Shown: in pieces, positions 25,673 to 40,101 of the stretch
Position numbering within the stretch: position 1 is the stretch's first letter
Layout of the letters: each line of letters opens with the position of its first letter
Assembly (NCBI GenBank): GCA_013239625.1
Contig: MU055783.1
Location: 14,543,202 to 14,607,201 of the forward strand
Source: Lama guanicoe
Taxonomy: Eukaryota
DNA: 64,000 nt
Reading direction: 5' to 3'
Position numbers and translations under genes: made by a program
Notes under the pieces: model-generated
What the model was told of the DNA's origin: nothing
What the model saw: only the letters and a program-made list of their open reading frames with translations
The model's database searches: none

Positions 25673-25844
25673 NNNNNNNNNNNNNNNNNNNNNNNNNNNN
25701 NNNNNNNNNNNNNNNNNNNNNNNNNNNNNNNNNNNNNNNNNNNNNNNNNNNNNNNNNNNNNNNNNNNNNNNNNNNNNNNNNNNNNNNNNNNNNNNNNNNN
25801 NNNNNNNNNNNNNNNNNNNNNNNNNNNNNNNNNNNNNNNNNNNN
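25673..25844. other. N gap, 172 nt (other gaps: 3400-3566, 21057-21196, 47027-47166, 51636-51793, 55228-55422)
   Basis: Runs of N counted directly. Confidence 0.99.
25735..25827 (-). CDS. WT1: WT1 exon 9 (zinc finger 3, +/-KTS donors): inferred inside the N gap, coordinates approximate
   Basis: Not visible. The gap 25673-25844 starts 601 nt downstream of exon 8. The flank gggccgcggctagac resembles the sequence I recall just before the human exon 9 acceptor, and no other finger-3 sequence appears between exons 8 and 10. Confidence 0.7.
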
Positions 25845-26440
25845 GTCTAGCCGCGGCCCTAACCAAGTGGGGGCAGAGCAAGGCCCACAAGGCCTGCTTC
25901 CCGGTGGCCCAAGGAGCCGGGCATTTCCAGCCACACCTGCAATGTCTGCCTTGCCCTCAGATTTCCCCAACACCCCAGGCCCAGAAGGAAATCACCTGAT
26001 TCTGTACAGTAATCCTTGAAGACCTGTTGCTTTGGGAACAACTATTGCTTAACCAGAAATGTCCAGCCTCTCACCAAGGCCTCAGCTGTGTCTGAGACTG
26101 AAAAAGTGAATCACAGGCTACAAAGGGGATTCTGCTCTCCACCACCCACCCGTGTTCTTTACTGACACTCTGTGTGTCATCAGCAAACTGCCAGTGGGAA
26201 TATCATGGTTCTGTGGTTTGCAGGGGAAATGTGGGATGTTGCCTTTTCTTTCCTTTCTTCTTCTTCTTCTTCTTTTTTTTCCTTAAGAGAAAGTAAATCC
26301 CCAGAAGATTAGGGGGCAAAAAACTATTGGAGATACGAAACAAATGGCTGACCCTCTCCATCCTTACGGAACAACAAAGAGCATCACAAAATCAACCATG
26401 ACCCGAGGGAACACACTGCTGGCAGCGAGAAGTGAGCCTA

Positions 26441-26641
<201 letters not shown>

Positions 26642-29600
26642 TCATGTGGAGGTTTTTAGGGATGTGCTGCAGCTTGGGGTTAAAGGCTCACCGCTACATA
26701 CGCTCGTGGACTGGAGGCGCAGAACAGGGGCTAAGTGAATAGAAATGGTCCCTCACCCCCGAGGTAGAAGTGAAAGTGAACGGGAACTCAGGTTTCGAGT
26801 CTGACACTGGGGTCACATCCAGCTCTCCACTCACCGCACTGGGTGAGGTACTATTTCCTCACTGTCAAACGGGGCCAGTAATCCGACAACTTCCATGGAT
26901 TTATCAACAGATTACAACAAACCACCCACATAAAGGGCTTAAACCAGTGCCTAGCACAGAGGCAGTGCTCAAAAACTACTGGCAGAGAATATTTAAACAA
27001 ATAATAAACCAAAGCAGTTTTAACTCCTGGACTGAGCCTGAGGCCGAACTCTGAGTTGGACGTGCCTTGGAGCCAGCCCTGTGAAGTAAGTGCTTTATGT
27101 CTTATGGCCTGAAGATCTGGCGTTGGCTGCCACGGACTTCTCAGGCCCAAGTCAAGCACAAACAGCTCCGTGGCTGTGAGATGCTCAAGTCAAACCAGGA
27201 TCCAGAGGCTTCAGAGTTTTGGGTATCCCTTTATCTGAGCGAAGTCAGGAGTGGGATTACACAACCTCCTGTCTCAGGACAGAGAAGCCCCACCCCTGCC
27301 CTCGCTAGAGAAAGTTCAGCCAACTCCTGGGAACTGAGCCCCATGAGTGCACTGAGCAACCTTGGGTCTTCCCACCTTCTTATGAGAACTCTGAGTCATC
27401 AGCGTCCTGGAATGGAGAGCAAGCCATCCCAGGATCAGCCGGCTTAACCTCCTCCGTCTCCCTGATGAATCTGTATTCCTGCTGCACAGAGCTCACCATT
27501 CCTGAAATCTGCCTTGTACTTTGCTCACACTTCGTCTCTCTCTCCAAACCCCTACCCGTCACAGAGTCTACTGTACGTCCCTCACGAATGCCGCTTCCTC
27601 TGCAATGCCTTCTTGGAAACTTCATGTTCAGATTGAAAGCCCTCTCCCCCCTCATTACAGAATTTATTACAGAACATCTAACGTGGTGAGCCATGTCCAG
27701 ACCTACCTTCTGCTGTGGGCTGGAAAATCCTCAGGGTAGGAGCCTTTCCTTAACCTTCTGCTGATACCCAGCCCAGTGCCTTACGCTGCCCCTCTGCCAC
27801 CTGCAGAAAGCAGCGCCCCCTTTCATTCTCCTTTCTCTTCCCCACCTTTATGCTCCTGCTCATCCTTTACTTCCTTTGCCCGACCTTGCCAACCTTTTGA
27901 TGGTTAACCCAAGCCCTTCCTTCTCCAAGTAACCTCCTGAGATGACTCCACTCAAATCTATGGCCTCTGAACATCTCTTCTCGCGCCTCTAGAGTCAGTC
28001 TTTCATCACACACGGTCTCAGTCCCTTTTCCTCTGTGTATGTCCTGGCTCCAAAACAGACCATGAAGGGGGCTTATGACTTAGAGTTAAAAGGCATGAGT
28101 TTGAGTCCTGCTTCCCCTATATCCTGACCACCTGAGAACCATTTTATGTGTGAGGGTTAAAGGGAATAATGCATGTAGAGAGTCTGGCACATAAAAAAGT
28201 ATTTAATATAAAAGTACTTATTAACAGTCTGTACTATTATTATAAATAAACATAAAATGATTGCACTCTTTCAAGGTGGGGGCCACAGTGTTGCTAAATG
28301 CCAACCTCCCCTCCTCATTTTCTGCAAGGAGGAGTTTCTTGAAGGCTCCAGAAGACCTGGGAGTCATGCATCTTGTCCACTGCCTTCCCTTCAAACAGAG
28401 AGGCATCTACACTCACTGTTTTCTAAGTCCCACCTTCCTAGTAAAATTTCTACCATCACACTGCCTTCAGTGTATTCTCTTGCATTTTTCCAGGCAGACT
28501 TTTACTTGATCATTTTCCTCATAATCTTAACAGATGCTTTTTAAATGATCCCACTTGGGGAAATATATAAAAATATAACATGCCACTGGTTCTCTCATCT
28601 TCAGCCTCCACTGTGTGCAAACTCAGGTCTGTGCCAGAATTGCATTCTCTGGACGCAGTGGCTTAGCAAAGACCAATGGTCTAAAGAGCTGAATGCAGCT
28701 CACTTTCTCCTCTAGATTCCCCAAAGCCAAGTCCGCAGTAACAATAGAATAATAATGCTAAACACTGCAATGAAGCTACCCTTCACAGTCGTGGAAAGAA
28801 CTGTACCAGCTCCCCAGTAGGAAAGTCTGAGCTTCGCCCTGCTTCCCTGTGGAGACCCAGCCACACTCCCATCTACTGCCCACAAGGCCAAGAGCAGACA
28901 TTTGTGAAATGACTGTGCACATTCAAGATGGCCACAGCCAGACGCGGCCAATCCTCTCCTTCCCAGAGGCAGACCCCTTGACCTGTGGGAAAATCCAGTT
29001 TTAACACATCATCAAAAATCACTGTCTCTTTTTTTTTAAGATTGAAAACAAAAATTAAACCTATAATCCATTTTCCCATTCCTGCCCGGTTGGTAATTAC
29101 CAACTCGAGTAGTTAAGCTTTTCTTTGAATCATCTCTTCCTAGCTCTTAGGACGACCCTGCACATCAGTCTCTCAGAATATCTGTTTACCAAACTCCCAG
29201 GCTAACTCCTCTTTCTTAAGAGATGCTAACAGTGTTATAACAGCAACTATCATTTATTTAAACCTGGTGATATAGAATACTGTACTAAATGTTTCATATC
29301 TCTGAGTCTTTTAATTCAATTTGATTCAAAAAGTTAAGCTAGTCTCAACAATTGTATAAGGTAGGTCATCATCTCCATTTTCTATGTGAGGCAAATAAAG
29401 TTCAAAGAGAGGTTAGATCACTTGCTCTTGAAGCCAGAATTCAAACACAGGTCCCTTTAAGTCTGTGAAATTCTCTCAGCACCTTCTCTGCTCTGCCCTT
29501 CTTTAATAAAGGATGGACAATCAGGATATAAAATGGCCTCGCAGCCTTTTTACACCACCTGGGCCAGACCTTTGAAAGCAGTGCCACTCTCCATCCCAGA

Positions 29601-29653
29601 AGTCACCTGTGTCCTCACAGTGCAATCTGTGGGGAGCAGGAGATCCTCAGTCA

Positions 29654-29854
<201 letters not shown>

Positions 29855-31549
29855 CTACAAGCAGAGCATTAAGAGAAATGGAGGCTTTAAGCCACATGTG
29901 AACATTCATGCTGGTCTCAAGGAAAGTGAGCACTGAAGTATACCCAAAGAAGAGATGGTGGCTAGGAGGCCTAAAACCACTCCTTTCCACACCCCAGGTG
30001 CCCACAGCAGACATCACTAATGGATGACAGATGAGGACATTCTACAATGCAAGCTCTAACATCCTCACTGCTGATCAACCAGAACTGGGACTTGAAGTCT
30101 GTCTGGGGCTGCTGACCCAGAGCATCTGGAAAAGAAATGCTGGTGACTGGAAGCGCTCCCGGTCCATCCTGTCTCTCAGCTTCTCCACTTGAGGCAGTGA
30201 GGTCTAGAAGTCCAAAGTCGCAGATTCTATTCCATTCCCTCCCACTAGGATGGACAGCCACATGACCTTGGGCTCAACCTGCAGTGGGTGGGCAAGTCCT
30301 TATTAGAGAAAAACATGGGATACTAAGTGAGCCCCCAACTGAGAAGACCTTCCTTGTGTGAGTAAATGACCAGGAAGAAGTTGCCCCTGGGACTTGGGGT
30401 TCTGTCTGTGAAGGGAGCTGAACCCACAGAAGGCCCATGGTGTAGCCAGTGCAATCCTTTCACAGAGACACAAGGAAACGCTGTGTCTGCCTTCTGTGCA
30501 CTGTACGTCCATCACAGGGCATCCTGCTAACCCCTTTATCTTGTGGGAGCAAGTGTAGGTAAGGCTGGTCTTCCAGGAGGAGCAGAGAACAGTGGGGCCA
30601 ACTCCTCATCCTGCTCTCGGAATCCATCAGTCATAGACACGAGCAGTGGCAGTGCCTGAGGGACCACGGAACCCCCTCTTCCTCTTACAGGTGTGCAAGT
30701 CAAGGACAAAGAGCACAGCCATGTTTTGGGTTAAAACCTGGAACCACTCCTGAGCTTAACCCACTCCTGCCCTGTGCATTTTCCACACACCCACAAGCTT
30801 ACGTTCTAGTTCCTATTTCGCACTGCCTTGCACTGTGAGATCTTTTCTGAAGAAAAGGTACTGTAGTGACATACAAAGCTGTATGCTACTGATAGGCCCC
30901 AGTGTCTCAAGGCAAAATGTGGCATAAATTTAAACAGTCAGCCAGCTGGGTCCGATCGACATGCACTAGGCGAAAATGAACACTTGTCTGGTCTGGAGTC
31001 TGTCAGAGGCCATGACAGTGAGTCTGACAACTGGGCCTGGTGGAAAGGAAGGCAAAAGGAGCTTTGCTCATTTCCTTTAATTCACCCCGGAGGCGGCGCA
31101 CAGGGCAGTAAGACATAAAACCGAGCTGTCAGTGTCAGCCAGGGTCCTGGGGAAGGATTCTTCCGGCACTTGCCGGAGGAGAGACTGGATCACTCTGTAG
31201 CTCCAGCAGGTGTCCGTGTTTCTGTAACCCTGCCCTTATTCTCGCCACTGGGAAGCGTGGGATGAGGGAGCACGCTGTTCTATCCCCACACTCTGGAAAC
31301 ATTCATTGGAACATCTCAGAGCTGCCTGGCTCACACACACCTTATTGCCAGGGTACCGACTAGCCTGGTGAGGGCAGCACAGCCTTACTCAGGTTGCAGC
31401 CACTGAGTCACATGCCAAAGTCACAAACGCAAACCCTTGGGAATGGAACATGGTTCCCAGTACCCAAAAGAGACTCCACAGAGGTGGCCTTCCATTTTCT
31501 GAATTCTCTGAAATGGTAACCTTTTTACTTTACCTCTTCACTCTCCCAC

Positions 31550-31790
31550 AGAAATGCACAACACAGGAAGTGAACCCTAATGTAAGCCGTGGACTTCGGT
31601 TAATAATGTATCCACATTAGCTCATCATTGTAGCAATACCAGTGCAAGACGTTAACAACAGGGGAGACTGTGTGGGGGTAGGGAGGGGGCCAGGGGGCGG
31701 ATATGGGAATTCTCTGTACTTTCTGGACAGTTTTTCCTTAAACCTAAAACTGCTCAGAAAACATTAATTCTATTTTTAAAAAGTCCACAA
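31550..31790 (+). mobile_element. L1MC-like 3' end in intron 6
   Basis: gtgaaccctaatgtaa; atatgggaattctctgtactttct; aaacctaaaactgctc. Confidence 0.75.
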
Positions 31791-32164
31791 ATAAAACTTA
31801 GCACCACGCCTGGCCCACAGAGAGTGTCCAGCCATACGTGGTACTGATGTTCCTGTTACTGTCATTATTAGCAACAGTAGAGTCTATCTTTGGGCACTTT
31901 ACCACGCAGATCAAGTCTTCTTAGAAGTCTCTTCTTAGAAGGTCCAGGTCATTAATTCAAGTCCATTTAGCCCCAGAACAAGAGGTGTGCAGCCCAGCCT
32001 GGAGAAGGTGAATTAAGCAGGAAAGGAGAGGGGGATTCCGCGAGAAGCATCCTGGTCTGAGTCAGGGAGGCAGCCACATCCACACTGGCCTCTGGAGTAG
32101 AGGCCCCTTGACCTGGCCCAGTGGAAGAGGAGGGGGTCCCTGCTGTCACAGAAGCCTATAATTA

Positions 32165-32488
<324 letters not shown>

Positions 32489-33189
32489 CTACTTGGGAAG
32501 CCGGAGTTTGGGAAGGCGGGGCTGCCCAATCCTGGCGTCTCCACCATGCAGCCCCTCACGCTCCGATTCCGGCAGGTGCACCATCTGGGTCTATGCCTCT
32601 CAGACAAGCCAGGGAAAGTCTCAGTGGCAGGACTTCATCCCCAGCAAGTTGTTTACCATCAAGCACACAGCAGGGCTGACAGCTGTGAATATCTTAGGAA
32701 TGAGCAGTTGCCTCAAGTTTCACACTGAGTGCAAGGAATTTTTTCAGCACCTCATGACTCAAGTTTTTACCAAATAGCACCAAGAAAGTGATGACACTTA
32801 CAAGAAGAGATCTCATCCTCCGAAGAGGGGATTACACACCTGTGGCCCTGCTCCACTTAACCCATAGATCTGTTTTCCAGATCAACTTAACTCTGCAGCC
32901 AGCCTGTACCATAGGTGGACACTGAGTAGATAATCTTTCTCCAGCATTAGACTCACTGGTCAGAACTCAGGCTAACTTTGGACTACTAGGGAAAGCTGAC
33001 GGATGTAGAAAATTGAGAAGAGCATCTTGGAAGGGGTGGACGTTCTGCTCTAAAGTATCCTCCCCTTCAGGTAAAAGCTGGTATCTGTTCTGCCGTTACT
33101 TCCAAACAAGGCAGAGTGAGGATTCTAATCCACATGCACAGCACATTATAATCACATCTAGAATCACCATGGGGACTTTTGATGAAACG

Positions 33190-33780
33190 TCTGTACAATG
33201 ATGCAGCTGCTTCGGACAATGGCTGGCAATTCCTCAAAAGTTTAGACAAAGTTACCACAGGACCCAAAATTCCACTTCAAGGTATACAAACTCCCAGAGA
33301 AATGAAAACACCCGTCTGCACAAAAACTTGTACACATCATTTATTAGCAGCATTACTCATAATAACCATAAAGTGGAATCAACCCAAATGCTCATCAGCT
33401 GATGGTGGATAAAAGATACAGTATATTCCCAAAACAAAATATTATTTGGCCATAAAAAGGAATGGAGTACATGATAAAGTGGACAAACCTTGAGAACATT
33501 ATGCTAAGGGTAATAAGTCAATCACACGTGACTGTCTACTGTGTGATTCTCTTTATAAGAAACGTACAGAAGAGGCAAACTTACAGAGACAGTAAGTAAA
33601 TAGGTGGTTGGTTGCTGAGGACTGGGGAAGGTGAGGGGAAACGGAGAACGATTGGCGAAAATGTCCTCAAATTGTGGTAACGGTCATACAACTCTGTATG
33701 ACATACTAAAACCATTGATTTGTATGCTGCAAATGGGTGAAAGCTACAGTATGTGAAATATATAAAGCTGCTTGAAAAAT
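33190..33780 (+). mobile_element. Old L1 (L1MB/MC-like) 3' fragment in intron 5
   Basis: cccagagaaatgaaaaca; aacccaaatgctcatcagctgatgg; ggccataaaaaggaatg; aaccttgagaacattatgctaag. Confidence 0.85.
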
Positions 33781-36700
33781 TATCTTTGGGGATTGGGGTC
33801 AATGCATTTTTTAAGCCTCTGGGTGCAATTAACTGGCTGTCAGGGCTGAGAACCTCCACCCCTGCCCCCATTACTCTAGAGGTTCCCAGGGTCTGGGTGA
33901 GGGAGGCAGGTGGCCCACTCTGTCTGAGGCTGGCTCAACTCTCACTCACCCAGGGGAGAGAATTCCTGAAGGGAAGAGTGTCTGCCAGGACGCCGGACAT
34001 GTCCACACATCCTGCGGCCACAGCAGCTGTGGCGTTTCACATTTGGTTCTGGCTCCCAGCTTTTTAGAAAGAATTGCCTGTCTCCTCTGCAGAGCAATGA
34101 GAGCAGCTGGGGGAGGTGGGTGGCAGCTCTGCTCTCTCTTATGTCCTACACCTTGTCTCCACGTCCTTCAGGTGACATCTCTGGGGGAAAATGTCCCAAA
34201 GAGCTAACCCAGGGTCAGACACAAGAAAACTGGGAAGAAATGCCAAGCCCAGATAGCGTCTGCCTTTCAGAACCTTAGCATGTGCTTGCCGAGAGAAAGA
34301 GGCCCGCCTGCCCTCCTTACAGTGATATCATATAGACGGTGGGGAAGGCAGAGCTGATGAGAGTGGCAATGTGGTGGCAGAAAGAGGACAGACAGGACAA
34401 GATGGGTGCTGCCAGGACATTTTGCCTCAAAGGCTGTGAAGAGATGCTGACTTTGCTTGGTTTAACCTTCTTCATGGAGCTAAAATGTGATTTACACATT
34501 TTCTAGGGCTTAGGGATTTTTTAGGGACCCAACAATAGAAATCTGAATTATTTTAAAGTTCTGCCATCAGAGGGGATGAGTCTGGAATCTCCTGTCTTGG
34601 CAGCTAATCTGGGGGTGTTATATGGATTCCTGGAGGTGGGAGACAGGGGAAATAGACTTTTCTCAGGATACTTGTCCCAGGAAATGAAGTGTTGCAGCAC
34701 TCAAAGGGAATGTCATTACCCTCCAGCCAGATGCAACCAACCAACAAAAGAAGCAACAAGATTGCACCTGCCAAATACTAGATTCTTCTACCAGGTCCAT
34801 GAACAAGACAAACAGCGGGACCCTGCCTATTGGCTCTTATAAGACAAACACACCAATGCAATTCCACACGGTGGAAACCCTGCACCCCCACGCACTTCCC
34901 AGCGTGCTCTGCCCAGAACACTGAGTCCAACTGAGCCATTTAGTATGGTAATAACTCCCTCTAGATAAGAAAAGGAAAGCAAGTTGAGGGGCTTGGAACC
35001 ACAGGTTCACAGAAGCAGAAGAGTCATCTACCCTGACCTCCACAAGAAGCTCCTCCAGCTTAGCCTCATCAGCTGGAGGACATGACTGGTGACCAGCTCT
35101 CAAGGCGGCTCATCCCATCTGGGAAGAACTTTAATTGTTAGGAAAGACCTTTCTAACCTGAACAGAAATCTGCCTCCTCACTTCTGTTTTCTGGAGAACC
35201 AGAGAATATTACTATTCAACAGCCATTTTTGAGTATCTCCTCCGCTGTGTGGCAAACTTGGCCTTGAGGACAAAGACCGACCCGCTCCGCTCTGTACTCT
35301 CGCCACTCTGACTGGAGTAAGACGCACAGTCCAGAAGGATTCCGCCAGACGGGCTGAATCTAACGCCTCTTCCACATGATAGTCTTTTCAGGCGTCTGAA
35401 GACAGCTCTCCAGGCTACAGAGCTGGGGCGCTCTCAGCTCTGACAATGTGAACTGGTGTCCAGTTTATTTGCTATCAAAATCATCATCTTCTTGAGCCCC
35501 TTCATTTTGTTAAATTCCTCTCCCAAGTGTGTGCTTAGCACGAAACTCAGTACCTGAGAACAGTATTTACATAAGGGACTGAAAAAGGGGGGTCATCCAC
35601 AAACACTGAAGCCAGTGGAACCAGGGAAGTAACAACTAGCTAAGGCCTCACCCAAAGAGATTCCATTCCAAATGTTTAAAAATCAGAGCATTAGTCAACA
35701 CAGTGCATTATGCCCACAAGCTGCCGGGGCTCAGCTCCCAGTCGGGGTGTCTGGGGCTTCCCCTCTCAATCTGGGCAGAGTACTGCCATTAACACACCTA
35801 AGAGCCCCTCCCTGCTTAGCACTCAGGTCACAGTGAGCCTTCCTCAGTCAGATAGAATCTCCACCTCCCATCCCAGCACGAACTGTAGGTAAGGCAGGTA
35901 TCTCCAACTTTTAAGCTTGAAGGCATTTTTTTTTTCACTGCAATGTACTACACATTTCTCCTTCAGATTTCATTCTATTTCTTTTAGGGAGCCATCCCCT
36001 ACTGTTGAAAACTTTTTGACTCTTGATTTGGCTTCCAAAACATTTGCTTTCCATCCCATTTCATGTTATCTCTGTATCTGTACCTGTATCGTGTTTTCAT
36101 AAGAGGGAAGGATTTTCCTTGCTGTTGTTGGGAACTATTACGCTTACAATATGTGTAACTGTTCTCTGGTGTTCAGGCAGTGATAAGATTCTAGAAGGTC
36201 TCTCCATGGGACAACATGAGGGAAGCCATCATAAAGAATCTAGTCATTTGGATGGGTTCCAGTGCAACAGAGCATACATAAGTCTTCAGCAAACCTTAAT
36301 CTAGGACAGAAAGGTTCAGGAATACAGTGGCTGCCATTGGGCCAATAGCTATTGTTAAGACCCAGCTGCCCGCTTAGATGGTCAAGTGAAACCAAGTTTT
36401 ACCCCAAGAACCATCAGCCTTTAAAAGTTCCACGCTGTGGATGAATCAAATAGGAGTGAGGGTAGGGTTCTAGACGTCTGAAACCACTGAGCCTTCCAAG
36501 AAGGGCAAGGAGCTACCAGCCTAGAGAAGAGAGGCCAAAGAAGCACCTTCCAAATAAAGGAATCACAGAGCCCTTGAAAGCAGGTTCTAGAGCAGAACAT
36601 GAATCCCACCAGACCAAGCAATTGAGAGACCCACGTTTCCCTTAGGGTAGGAATGCATGCAGTGACTAAGCTACCTTCCAACCCAGATAATGAGAGGAGA

Positions 36701-37847
36701 GTAAAGGAACCGTGGCATAATACACAGCAAGGCACGTGCCCCAAGCCTGGGCAAGGCTGGACTTTCTTAGGACAAAGACTGGTGCTTTATAAAATGTTTT
36801 CACGTTTTTCTGTTTTCTTGCCTCATAAACTTCTCTTTGACAGTAAGATATTGGATTCGGCTAAATGACAGGGAAAAAGGATTTGATGACTCCTTGGCCA
36901 AGATAATCAGAGAGAATACAGGGATGTACAGTGAGGTGTAATGAGGGCAGCTGTGGGTCCAGCAGGTGGAGAGGAGAGCTGGCAGGTCAGGTGCAGGCAG
37001 GCAAAGCTATGGGAGGCGGGGCTCAGAGTAATGTGACTGCTTCTTCCTTCCTGCCCCAGAGCACAGAGTGAGCAACCACTTGCCATATTTAAGACAGCTC
37101 CTTTGGTTTTATTGTTCAACCAGGCACAGATCATTCATTTAAGCACTTAGCCTTTAATTCTTTATCTTGTTCAAAGGACATCACAAATAACTACCAAATG
37201 CATTTTGGCAATAAAGATCCACTACATTAGTGCCCTTGCACTGAGACTAGTGATTCCACCACAAAGAGAAACAGACTTGAGCACTGCCTTATATATGATT
37301 AACCCACCTTAGTTCCTAACGCTCTGTTTTCATCCCTCTGTGCTCCCCAAAAGCCAGCTTAACAGCTTTACCAAGAACTCATGCTAATCTCACTGCTCTG
37401 TGGTTTCCAGAATCTATTGGGGTTTTTCCCCCCTACTTAAACACTAACATCTTTACCTCATTTAAGACTAAAACTAAGACAAATGTCTCAACTCCTCTGT
37501 CCACTCTCTTATTCTCCATGAATTTCTAGACTATTGGCCAAGGGTCAACAATTTTGCTAAACTGGTGAGAATACAGATTTGGTATTTTTTTCTTTAAAGC
37601 AGAGCCACAAATCCAGGTACCTACAGGGGCCAAGTAAGTGAGAAAAATAAATGAAGGCCTTGGAGAGAAAGACGGCACTGAACTGGCAGAGACAGCCACC
37701 CTGGCCACCTTACCCTCTGCCCAAAGACTAGGACTCTGCTCTACCCGCAAAGTATTGTCAATAATATTACCTCCTCCAGAAAAGTTGGAAATCAGGATTT
37801 TGATGTACAATCAGTTAAGGATTAAAAGAAAAAATGGGGGGGGCTGC

Positions 37848-37975
37848 TTTTTTGGAGGAGGTAATTAGTTTTATTTATTTATTTATTTTTTATTATTATT
37901 ATTTTAATGGAATTACTGGGGACTAAACCCAGGACCTTGTGCATGCTAAGCATGCACTCTACCACTGAAGTCGCC
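37848..37975 (-). mobile_element. tRNA-derived SINE, camelid Vic-1-like
   Basis: Minus strand: tcagtggtagagtgcatgcttagcatgcacaaggtcctgggtttagtccccagt followed by an (AAAT)n tail and ctaattacctcc. Confidence 0.85.
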
Positions 37976-38358
37976 TGAATTTTAAATTCTGGCAAATAAT
38001 TACAATTTTATAGAATTACCATCAGGTCAAATGAAACATACCTCTGGGCTAAGGGTCACCAATTTGCAACCTCTGCTTTAAAAGCTGAGCACTGAAGTTT
38101 AAGCTGCAAACTGGAAAGCTCCATCTGAGTTCTGATGCCTCCTCCCACATGGCAACAAAGTTTGAGAACTGAGTATCAGAATCTCCCAGACCTTGAAAGC
38201 TTGAAAGCAGGAATGGCCAGTGCTGCTGGAGCAAAACCCAGAAGTTACATCTGCAGGGGTCTGGGGTTCACCTCTCAGTGTCACTGGCCCACTTGAAAGT
38301 AGGTTTAACATTGAAATTACAGACAGAAAACTGCAGTTGCTGGGCAGTAAGTTCCAGT

Positions 38359-38838
38359 GTATCTGTTTTCTACATTCGCTGTAACAAATAACCACAAATT
38401 TTGTGGCTTAAAATGACACAAATTTACACTCTTACAGTTCCTGGAGATCAGAAGTCTAAAATGAGCCTCACTGCACTAGCATCCAGGTGTTGGTGGGGCT
38501 ACTTTCTTCTGAAGGCTGTGGGGAGAATCTCTTTCCTTGCCTTTTTCGGTTTCCAGAACTCATCTGCTGTCCTTGGCCCCTTCTTCACCTATCTCTGACC
38601 TTGTTTCCTTTGTTGCATCTCCTACTACCCTTCTGCAGTCAAATCTGCCTCTGCCTTCCTCTTGCGAGAACAGTTATTATATTTAGGGCCCACCCAGATA
38701 TTCAGCATGATCTCTTCATCTCAAGATCCTTAACTTAATCACACCTGCAAAGTCCCTTCTGCCACATAAGGCAACCGTCACATATTCCAGGGATTAGGAC
38801 TTGGACGTTTCTCGGGCTCGTTATCCAGCCTACCATAC
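38359..38838 (-). mobile_element. MLT1-family solo LTR in intron 5
   Basis: gctgtaacaaataaccacaaa..gtggcttaaaa; ctcaagatccttaacttaatcaca; ccagggattaggacttggac. Confidence 0.85.
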
Positions 38839-39999
38839 CAGATTTACTGGGTTTCCTACAGATACATTTGAAAGAGCTGAATTACCCTGGATCCTTTATC
38901 TCCAAGTTAATCTGAAGCACTAGTCTGCAAGAACATGGGTTCTGCATCTGAAGCCTGTGTCCCAGGCCCACTTTTAGCATTTATTGGCTCAGTGATCATG
39001 GGTGAGTCATCTAAACCTCTCTGTGACTGAGATTCATCCTCTGTAAAATGAAACCTATTTTATACATTGTTTGAAACTCAAAGAGCTTAGCTACCTGGGG
39101 AGTAAAAGTTATATATCCCTTAGTAACCTTATCCTAACAAAATGTTCAGGTATATGGTTATATGCATCAGGTGACCAACAACCGCAGAAATTAAGTCCTG
39201 TATGCTTCTTTTAGCTGGGTGATCGAGATCTATAGGATGTACATTTTTAATCCTTAGCACAGTCCTAGGAGTCATCAAGGGATATCACCTGAGGCAAATG
39301 ACTTCGCCTCCCTGGCCTAAGCTTCCGGTAAAATGAGAAAAACAGCATCTCTCCATCAGACTGTTAACAAGGTCAAATGAGATTCGGCAAGTAAAGCACA
39401 GTGTTTTTGCATATGGTATGCCCTCCATAAATGTTACCTAATGGTATTCTACCCATTTTACAGCAAAGAATACTGAAGTCTAAGGGGAGGTTGGGTTATT
39501 TGCCTAAAGTCAGGCAGACGGCAAGTGGCAGAAATGGGGTTTGCCTCCAGGTCGGGGGGAGCTCTTCTTCCTTCAAAACCAGCTAGACTGTTCCGGTGGG
39601 GCAAGCCCGTCCTGGGCTCGCTTCTATCATCACGACACTTGAATAACTCCCAGCTCTTTTCTCCAGGGGTATGAATGAAATTAGGCATGCAGAAGGTTTG
39701 AAAAATACAGCAGGAGTGGGGAGGGTAAGAGGATGGGGGCTGCCAGGAGGAGCAAGTTCAAAATATGCACTCTTAGCACCCTTTGGCTTCTGCTCTGAGG
39801 CACAGTATTTATTTTGGTATAAGAGTGAGGAACGCTGCAGGAAATGGCCTGCTTATATGTGATAGAGCAGTCGAAACCAAGCACAATTTTTACAAGAAAA
39901 TTTCTTTCTACCTAACTGGGAAAATAAACTAAGCAGAAGCAGTTATCAGCAGAGCATACATTTCATGACTTCATTTCTGGCGGTGATGTAGACTGTACA

Positions 40000-40101
40000 T
40001 TTTCCTAAACAGCTTTAAAATGCATTAAAATGTATCCTGAGAAAGTTTGCTTTTCCTAGACAGCTTTAAAATACATAAACATGTGTCCCTAGAAAGTTGG
40101 A
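40000..40101 (+). repeat. Tandem duplication, 2 x 51 bp (diverged)
   Basis: ttttcctaaacagctttaaaatgcatt...agaaagtt / ttttcctagacagctttaaaatacata...agaaagtt. Confidence 0.9.
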
